DNA of 61,838 bases, filler included. It is 7 parts of 7 records of this genome, joined end to end, with 100 filler letters (N's around TTAATTAATTAA, not from the genome) between each part and the next. Parts side by side here need not be neighbours in the genome. Positions count along the whole stretch, not along the records: positions 46,458 to 55,424 come from SRR31147125_3813; positions 55,525 to 61,838 come from SRR31147125_3820; 5 more parts are not named here. One strand, given 5' to 3'. Numbering within the stretch: position 1 is the stretch's first letter; every line of letters starts with the position of its first letter. A model generated the notes under the pieces. It did no database searches. It worked only from the letters and a program-made list of their open reading frames with translations, and had not been told where the DNA came from. Below, in pieces: positions 53,712 to 61,838 of this stretch. The position numbers were made by a program, and so were the translations under genes.

Positions 53712-53949
53712 AGTTTATATAAGTTTAATCATAAATTTGTTTTATTATATCTTCGTGGATGTTAATTAAGTTATCTTTCAAAGTTATTTTATATTTTTTT
53801 CAACATCTATAATCACTTTTAAACTTTTAGTCACATTTTTTTTTAACGAATACAGAACAAACACTTAAATTCAAATAAATTATTATATATTTCAGTTAAA
53901 AAACACATGTCATTTATACCTTTAACGAATAAGTTTTTTTAGTATTTTC

Positions 53950-53978
53950 TTGAAAAAATGTCTTCAAAAGGTTATAAT
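53950..53978 (+). promoter_or_regulatory. Sigma70/A-type promoter for the HD-GYP gene
   Basis: TTGAAA-N17-TATAAT. Confidence 0.6.
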
Positions 53979-54040
53979 GGTCAAAATAGAATTAATTCGT
54001 ATATTAATATGAGGATATACTTTTCGGAGGACTGGATATA

Positions 54041-55424
54041 ATGGAAAATTTGTTTTTTGCCGAAGAAGAAAAATTAAATAGTGATACCCCAAAAAATACT
54101 TGGAAAGTTCTTTTGGTTGATGACGAACCAGATATCCATTCAGTAACTAGACTCGCTTTAAGAGACGTTGAGTTTGCTGGAAAAGAGTTAGAAATCATCA
54201 GCGCTTATTCTGAGCAAGATTGTAAAGATACCTTTGGAAAATACCCTGATATAGCTGTTATACTACTAGACGTGGTTATGGAAAACGATGATTCAGGTTT
54301 GAGGCTAGTTAAGTATATCAGAGAAGAACTTGATAATCACTTAGTTAGAATAATACTTCGAACTGGTCAACCTGGAATGGCTCCAGAGAGAAAAGTTGTT
54401 ATGGATTATGACATAAACGATTATAAAGAGAAAACTGAACTAACTTCTCAAAAGTTATTTACTACAGTTATTTCAAGTATTCGTTCCTATAAAGATATTC
54501 ATACAATAGAAAAAAGTAAAAAAGGGCTTGAGAAAATCCTTAATGCTTCTACTGAACTTTTTAAAACAGAGAGAAGAACTAGCGATTTTGCTGAAGCTAT
54601 CCTAGATCAATTATCATCATTAACAAAATCTAAAGATTCGTTATTTTATTTTCAACCTTCTAGTTTCGTAACTGTTCCAAATGAAGGGGATATGAAAATT
54701 GTGGCAGCAACGGGAGATTTCAAAGATTACGTGGATAACTCCATAACAGAAATCTCAGATATGATTCTCAAAGAAAAAATAGCTGATGTTGCTAAAAATA
54801 AACATATTATTATTGATGAGGATGAATTTTTCGGTTGCTTTGCTGGTGTATCTGGCGAGGAATCAATAATATATTTCAAAGACGCTTCTGGTTTTACCGA
54901 AGTTGATAAAAACTTACTTAAACTTTTTTCAGTAAATATATCAACGTCTTTAAATAATATATTACTAAATGATGAAATTATAAATACTCAAAAAGAGCTA
55001 ATAATGACTCTTGGTGATGTTGTAGAGACTAGATCATTAGAAACAGGACATCATGTAAAGAGAGTAGCAGAATACTCATACTTTTTAGCAAAAAAATATG
55101 GGCTTGATGAAGAAGACGCAGAAGTATTTAGAGCTGCTTCACCAATGCATGATATTGGTAAAATTGGAATCCCAGATAGTATTTTAAATAAACCAGGGAA
55201 ATTAACGCCAGAAGAGTTTGAGATTATCAAAACTCATACTACTTTAGGTCATTCGATGCTTTCAACTTCACAAAAAGATATTTCAGGCAGCAGCAATAGT
55301 TGCATCCCAACATCATGAAAGATGGGACGGTTCAGGATATCCAAACGGTTTAAGTGGTGAAGAGATACACATATATGGAAGGATTACAGCTATCTGTGAT
55401 GTTTTCGATGCCCTCTCTCATAAG
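54041..55424 (+). CDS. Response regulator REC + DUF3369 + HD-GYP c-di-GMP phosphodiesterase; frameshift ~55275, truncated by gap
   Basis: WKVLLVDDE, LDVVME, RTGQPG.APE, HV.RV, MHDIGK; HHERWDGSGYP and DVFDAL in the shifted frame. Confidence 0.9.
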
Positions 55425-55524
55425 NNNNNNNNNNNNNNNNNNNNNNNNNNNNNNNNNNNNNNNNNNNNTTAATTAATTAANNNNNNNNNNNNNNNNNNNN
55501 NNNNNNNNNNNNNNNNNNNNNNNN
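55425..55524. other. Artificial contig spacer
   Basis: N run with TTAATTAATTAA. Confidence 0.98.
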
Positions 55525-58500
55525 CTGATACTGGCTTTATCTCCTGGGGAGCAGATCTTAATGAAGATATTCACAGTATTCATCATCATACCTATGCTGA
55601 TGATGGTGAGTATTCAATCAGTCTGGTTCTGGTGGATGCTGACGATAATTATATTGAATTCATTAACCATACGAGTCTGACGATAGCTGATGTGGCGCCT
55701 GAGATGACTCTGAGTGGAGCGGCTGATATCTCTGAGGGTGATGAGTACTCGCTTACCTTCGGGGTTGTGACTGAGCCCGGTGATGATGCTATCAGCAGTT
55801 ATAATATAGACTGGGGTGATGGAAGTGCGGTTGAGACTGTTGCTGCGAGTGCTCTTGATAGTGCTGGCAGGGTTTGGACGCATGACTATCTTATTGATGG
55901 TAACTTTGATATTCAGGTCTCAATGACAGATGTGGATGGGCTTGTTACCAGTGTCGATGCTAAAGCAATTGAGGTTGAGAATGTTATGCCGGCTGCTGAA
56001 CTGACAGGTGCGGATAGTGTTCTTGAAGGTGGTGAGTATGAGCTTACTGTCGGTGCGATAAACCTTGTTAATAATTCTGTTTCACACTATGTCATCGATT
56101 GGGGTGACGGCAGTGGCAGTAGTATTCTGAGTGCGGCTGAGCTTGATAGTGCTGGACGGAAGGTGGCGCATAAGTATGAGGATAATGGTGATTATACCGT
56201 TTCGCTTGGGTTGTATGATGCGGATGGGCAGCATCCGACTGTAAAGACCAAGGCTGTCAGTGTGACCGATGTGGCGCCGACTCTGACGCTGGAAGGAATA
56301 GCTCAGATTGCAGAAGGTGATGAGTATCTGCTTAAGGTGGCTGATTTTGTCGATCCTGGCAGTGATACGGTTGAGAGCTATACTGTCAACTGGGGCGATG
56401 GAAATATAGAGGAGATATCTGCGGCAGCCATGGACGCGGCAGATATGACGTTGAAACATGTCTATGCTGATGATGCTATTTTTGATATCTCAATTCAGGT
56501 AACCGATGAGGACGGGGTGCATGCTGCTGTGGCGAGTAAGTCTGTAACTGTCTTCAATATTGCACCTATGGTGGCTCTCTACGCTGATAATAATGTTACT
56601 GAAGGAACTGAGTTTACACTGGCTCTCAGTAATGTGGTTGACTCTGGTGATGATACTGTTGCAAGTTATAAGGTAAGCTGGGGTGATGGTTCTGATACTG
56701 GTCTTATCGATTGGGGTACTGGGAATGTCAACGACAGGTTGACTGCGCAGGATCTTGTTGAGCTTAGCAGCCTTAATGCCCATGTCTATGCTGATGACGG
56801 GGTGTATTCAATCTCGTTGACAGTCGTCGATGAGGATGGTACGTTTGAGTACTTTGATTATATGAGTGTGACTGTCTTTAATGATGTGCCGAGTATGACA
56901 TTGAGTGGTGATGCGAGCATGGTTGAAGGTGGTGAGTATTCGCTTACCTTTGGCGCTGTGAGTGATAGTGGTGATGACAGTGTGAGCAGTTATGCTATAG
57001 ACTGGGGTGACGGAAGTGGAGTTGAGACTGTAACTGCTACGAATCTGAACAATGCGGGCAGAGTGTGGAGGCATGATTATATAGATAATGGTGTATTTGA
57101 AATAAAGGTAACGCTGACAGACGAGGAAGATACCTACGCTGGTGCTGGTGAGATAATTACCAAGAGTGTGAATGTTGTAAATGATATACCGACTGCACCT
57201 ATATCAGGTGTTGCTAATCTGGTTGAGGGTGGAGTATATGAGCTTACTATCGGTGATGTTGTTGATGCTGGAGCAGATACGGTCGAGAGCTATTATATTG
57301 ACTGGGGAGATGGCGGTGCGGCTGAGGAGGTCTCTGCGGCTGAGCTGACTGCTGCTGGCAGGGTTGTTCAGCATCTTTATGCTGATAATGGTGAGTTTAC
57401 TGTCAGACTTGGTATTGTTGATGAGGATGGCACTCATCAGGATATTTCAAGTAAGAGTATATCTGTGAGCAACGTTGAACCGACTGTTGTTGTAAGTGGT
57501 GAGAATGCTGCGATTGAGGGTGCTGAGTATTCATTGAATATCGGTAGTGTGGCTGATATTGGTGCTGATACAATTCAAGAGTATATTATCGACTGGGGTG
57601 ATGGTGAGGTTGAGCAGATAGCTGCTGCCCTAGTTGAGGGAGCGCTGGGTATAGTTACGCACAGATATGCCGACAATGGCAGCTACGATATTAAGTTGAG
57701 CCTAGTTGATGAAGATGGAACATATAGTAATATTGCTGGCAAGAATGTTGTTATAAGTAATGATGAGCCTGATATCTCTCTCAGTGATGGTAGTATTTCG
57801 GTTTTTGCGTCTGCTAACTTCAGTAGAGTCTTTGAGCTTATTGATGGTGGTGATGCTGATCACCTGGAGGTTGCTGTTGATTATGGTGACGGGCGTAGTG
57901 AGATTCTAGATCTTGGAACAGCACGGAGTGGTGTTATTGGTAAAGCGTATCAGGATGCAGGTGAGTATACTGTGTCGTTGCTGGTCAGGGATGATGACGG
58001 TGCTGTGAGTGCTGAGTATTCATTCAGTGTTATTGTCAGGACTCCTATCGTTGCGAGTAGTAATAATTCCCAGCTCAGTATCTTTGCTGAAAAGGTGAGT
58101 GTGATAGGGGAGAATGCTAGGGATGGTATGGATAATGGTTTTAGCGAATCTGAGCTGATAGATGAGATTCTTCAGGATGTTGAAGATGCCGAGAATGAAG
58201 CTGGTAGTGAAGATATGGCTGGACTTGAAGAGGTGTTAGTTGTTGAAAACGAGGGACACGTTGAAGTCGATGAAGTTCCAGCAGCTGAAATTGCTGGTGA
58301 GGGAGAGGGTGAAAATATCGCTGAACCAGAGGGTGATCTTGGGGCTGTTTTGGAAGACCGGAGAGTGGTGAGAGTTGTTGAGGTCAGGGATATTACTCAG
58401 CAATCATCAGAAGGAGATGGTGTTGCTGCTGCTAGTGATTCTGCTCAAACATCCAGGAGGAAAGTTCGCAGGGGTGAGGTCAAGGAGATCAATGACGTAA

Positions 58501-58720
58501 ATGGTGATGGCATTGAACAGAAATCAGAGAAGCTGGTTGCAGAGCAGAGTGTCGGAGGGGATCAGGGGCATGTTGAGAATATTCATGCAAGCGAGAGTCT
58601 TGTTCAGGAAGTTCAGAATATTGTGGCTGCACAAGAGGAGCTTGTGGCAAGTCGGCAGGATGATGTTATGGTAGATGAAGGGGTGTTGCTGTACCTCTGG
58701 AGATGCTTGAGGGTAGGTAA
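55525..58720 (+). CDS. Large acidic PKD/Ig-like repeat surface protein, C-terminal part; true stop probably 58720
   Basis: At least eight ~100-aa repeats with 'Y.IDWGDG...H.Y.DNG.Y.I...DEDG...N..P'; frame is open from the contig edge. Confidence 0.82.
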
Positions 58721-58742
58721 AAAAATTAGGATGAATAATTAT

Positions 58743-58787
58743 ATTACGGGAATCTCATATTATTATGAGATTCCCGTGGTTTTTTTA
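58743..58787 (+). terminator. Intrinsic terminator of the PKD-repeat gene
   Basis: ACGGGAATCTCATA-ttat-TATGAGATTCCCGT perfect stem followed by GG and a T run. Confidence 0.85.
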
Positions 58788-58923
58788 TCATAGCACATAT
58801 TGTTCTCTTTTAATATTTCCAGTTATAATTGCTATAATCAGGTCAAGGAAGTTTTTAGTCAATCCGTATAACTCTATAGAAGGTGATAATAGGGAATTAC
58901 CTTCTATAGGGGAAACTAATATA

Positions 58924-61308
58924 ATGACTGCAGGTTATAACAAATATGTTGCTATTCTTCAGGTACGTGTGCTGGTAATTCTAGCACTATTTATTATTGG
59001 GTGTGAAGAGAACAGCAGGTTGAAGTTGGTTGAAATTGGTTTGAAATCTCCAGTATCGGAGAGTGTAGCTCAATATCTACCATCAGATGTGATAAATAGT
59101 GAGCTTGGCATCTTTACTTATGAGACAACTGCTGAAAGTATTCTGGAACTTGATATTGATCTTGAGGAAGAGGAGGTTTTTGAAGAGTATAAGGAGTTGG
59201 AGCAGAATGATGAGGAGGTTGAAGAAGATGACTTTTCTTCTGGCAATACTGCTGTAACTGACAATATCTACTGGCTGGGGCAGGATTTTTACTCAGGGCA
59301 GAGTAGTGTTATTACTGTCAGTTATGATGTGGCTCCCTCAGATAATAGTAGCTACAGAAAGAATGATAACAGTGTAAATCAGAGCGACGCTGAAAGTTTA
59401 GAGGTAGATATTGACGATATTGTCGGTGATGATGATCTTGCAGATATTAATGTTGATAAGAAGTTTATAAGTAGAAATAGTAGATTCGCCGGGAAGAAGG
59501 TTGAGGACATCACAGCTGTGAAGGATGGGCAGGTTGTTGGATCTTCTGCACTTGTAAATTCAGCTCAGCTGGCTGTTAAGGCAGATACAGGTGCATTTAA
59601 AAAGGCTGAGCAGGATATTGAATACGTTATGGAGAAAGATCTGCGTGAGGCAATGATATGGGTGCAGGATATTAAAAATGACAGTATTGAGCAGCTAGAT
59701 TCCGAAAATAAGTTCAGTAGGGGTGTTGGAGGGATTGGAGGGACGGTAATGCTGGCTCAGGCAGAAAAATATGATGATATCGTTGTCAGAATGAATGAAG
59801 TCAGGGTCGAGCGGACGACGACGCTTATATCTGATAAAAATCAGGATCAGCAGCAGGATCAGCGGAGGAAGAGCATTGTAAGGTTGACACTGGCTGAGGC
59901 TTTGCGACTTTCTTTTGGCGGTAATCCCGATGTGACTGCTGCATCATACGTCTCAGAACAGATAAAAGAACGGCTCAATGCCAGTAAGGCAGTCTATGAT
60001 CCTTCAATTTATCAGAATTTAAGCAGTGAAAGTAAGGAAGATCTTGATGCTGATTATTATTACCTGAATCCCAGTCCGGGTATGAATAACAGTGGGTGGT
60101 CTATTGAAAATGGAATACGCCAGCCTCTTCCAACCGGCGGGAGCATCTCTGTCGGTTACGAATATGCGGAGAATAAGCAGGATGGTATCGGGAAGGAAAC
60201 ATTCCGCAGTACAGGTGGTCCGGTTGTAACTTTTAATCACTCACTTATGCGTGGGCTTGGTGATATTGACAATAAGACGGCTATAAAGATTGCAGCACTT
60301 AATTTAAGCATGGCACAAGCCGACTTTCTGGCTACTTCTATGGATAGCGTATATGAAGTATGTGCTGGGTACTGGACGCTGGTTTTCTATCTTGAACAGA
60401 TGGCGATACAGAAGCGGGTACTGGCTATGGCGAAAGAGGTTTATCAGTATGAAAAGACTAGAAACCTTACAGGAATAGCAAGAAAACTCAATACTGAGAG
60501 AGCGTATGCGGCGGTTGAGGTAAGACGGAGCGTATTGTTGCGGATGCGTGATAATGTATTGACAGCTTTGGATCAGCTGGTTTTGCTGATTGGTAATGAA
60601 GAAGTCTTTAACAATGCTGATCTTGTGCTGCCTACAGATCGACCCCTGACTTCTTTTGCAGGGTTTGATGTTATAAATGATGAGAGTATTGCTTTGTCTA
60701 TGAGACCGGAACTTATGAAAGAGTATTCAGGAATAGAGGTTGGGAAGGCGAAGCGGCTGCAAGCTGATTATAATAAACTGCCTACTCTTGAACTGCAGGC
60801 AAAATACGGTTTGGGAGCTGGAAATCTCGGGCTTAGTGATAATTCTCTCGGTAACAGGTATGATAATTATGGGTATGATGCGGGGTATTGGAGAGTCGGG
60901 CTGGAGTTCAATTATCAGTTGGGCAGTAGAGGTGCAAAGGCTGCTTACAGAGAAGCAGAAGCGCTTATTTCTGAGAAGAAAGCATTGCTTGAAAAGAGCA
61001 AGCGTCAGATAAAAGTTGAGGTTAGAGCGGCGGGCAGGTCTCTCACTACTGCTCAGAAAAATATGAAAATTACTTTTAAAGCTAGAAAATCAGCTCTTGC
61101 TGTATTGGAAGGGGAGAGAGTCAGACTTAAGCTCGGGCTTACGACCAATGAAGAACTCCTTCGCTCACAGGATTATCTGGCTGAAAGGGAGATTGATTAC
61201 TTCAGGTCGATCATTGATTGTAATATTAACGCTTTGAGACTTGCTAGGGCTAAAGGGACTATTCTGAGTGACCTTGGGCTTGATGTGGCAGGAATAAGAA
61301 AATATTAG
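58924..61308 (+). CDS. TolC-family outer membrane efflux protein with a long acidic N-terminal extension
   Basis: Lipobox-like LFIIGC; 'LTL.EA......NP', QPLPTGG, YW.L, RPEL, LP.L.L, two OEP-like halves. Confidence 0.82.
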   Translation: MTAGYNKYVAILQVRVLVILALFIIGCEENSRLKLVEIGLKSPVSESVAQYLPSDVINSELGIFTYETTAESILELDIDLEEEEVFEEYKELEQNDEEVEEDDFSSGNTAVTDNIYWLGQDFYSGQSSVITVSYDVAPSDNSSYRKNDNSVNQSDAESLEVDIDDIVGDDDLADINVDKKFISRNSRFAGKKVEDITAVKDGQVVGSSALVNSAQLAVKADTGAFKKAEQDIEYVMEKDLREAMIWVQDIKNDSIEQLDSENKFSRGVGGIGGTVMLAQAEKYDDIVVRMNEVRVERTTTLISDKNQDQQQDQRRKSIVRLTLAEALRLSFGGNPDVTAASYVSEQIKERLNASKAVYDPSIYQNLSSESKEDLDADYYYLNPSPGMNNSGWSIENGIRQPLPTGGSISVGYEYAENKQDGIGKETFRSTGGPVVTFNHSLMRGLGDIDNKTAIKIAALNLSMAQADFLATSMDSVYEVCAGYWTLVFYLEQMAIQKRVLAMAKEVYQYEKTRNLTGIARKLNTERAYAAVEVRRSVLLRMRDNVLTALDQLVLLIGNEEVFNNADLVLPTDRPLTSFAGFDVINDESIALSMRPELMKEYSGIEVGKAKRLQADYNKLPTLELQAKYGLGAGNLGLSDNSLGNRYDNYGYDAGYWRVGLEFNYQLGSRGAKAAYREAEALISEKKALLEKSKRQIKVEVRAAGRSLTTAQKNMKITFKARKSALAVLEGERVRLKLGLTTNEELLRSQDYLAEREIDYFRSIIDCNINALRLARAKGTILSDLGLDVAGIRKY

Positions 61309-61342
61309 TGTGGGGTGTTTGCAGCGAGTTTTCTGTGGAATA

Positions 61343-61710
61343 GGTGATGTTGAATAATTTGTGTGCGTTTTTAATTGTGCTCTTTACAGGATAAGGATTT
61401 CATTATCTTGTAAAGAGTTCTTTGGGTGAAAAATTTGTATTATGATGTATGATGACAAAATACCTTCCTATGAACATGTAAAATTATTCTTAAACCTACA
61501 AAGAATATTTATGACCTAAATCAACTCCTTGTTAGACTCAAGAAATAATCATCAAATCCAAGTATGATAAAGAGCTAAAGGATTATGTTGGTTTTGAGAA
61601 GAATTAGAAAATGTCTCCCACGCAAATCAATCATTGCAACGGTTCATACAAGAAGTTTGTAGTACTTGAATATGGACAGATTAAATTTAGTGTGTGGTCT
61701 TTTGATTTAA
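61343..61710 (+). mobile_element. Degenerate IS256-family element fragment (left end + transposase pseudogene)
   Basis: Translation 'DLNQLLVRLKK / KELKDYVGFEKN*...NHCNGSYKK.V..EYGQI...V' resembles the IS256 transposase N-terminus with a stop and a shift; GGTGATGTTGAATAATTTGTGT resembles an IS256 terminal IR. Confidence 0.55.
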
Positions 61711-61838
61711 TTGTCATATTACAATAATTTTAAAATAGTTATGAATTGTAACATCATGAATTTGCGGTGTTAGTGCTTTTACGATCATTGATGTGTGTGA
61801 TTCATAGACATCCTTTCAATAAATCGGTATAATATTCT

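Overview
The window is not one locus. It holds seven unrelated contigs joined by N-gap/TTAATTAATTAA spacers, and about 15 genes carry single-base, mostly homopolymer, frameshifts that look like sequencing errors. (1) 1-16287, spore-forming clostridial type: an orphan lysin plus holin, then a yfnH/yfnD/yfnG-like CDP-sugar cluster followed by glutamate 2,3-aminomutase and a YheC/D ATP-grasp protein (sigmaK-like boxes upstream), then a ROK-regulated sugar-uptake locus containing an MtaA/UroD-family enzyme. (2) 16388-26541, Firmicute housekeeping: VanY-like lipoprotein, DUF378, cobO, birA, DmpA peptidase, acpS, phosphodiesterase, mtnN, pentapeptide protein, ogt. (3) 26642-34594, Bacteroidota: response regulator, H-NOX, PAS kinase, Hpt and LytTR operon beside a TPR protein and a flippase. 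(4) 34695-40029, GC-rich: hybrid kinase, EctR/CosR-like MarR with a 15-bp tandem repeat, glycine-betaine ABC genes. (5) 40130-46357, Bacteroidota: TonB receptor, HTCS and an AAA_14/DUF4143-type ATPase preceded by three repeats in exact 32-bp phase. (6) 46458-55424: serine-predicted starter C-A NRPS module with a terminator in its leader, threonine aldolase, HD-GYP regulator. (7) 55525-61838: PKD-like repeat giant protein, extended TolC, IS256-like remnant. The best candidates for undescribed systems are the beta-glutamate/ATP-grasp spore-surface module, the methyltransferase-containing sugar regulon, and the repeat-array/DUF4143-type ATPase. No rRNA, tRNA or CRISPR array was seen.
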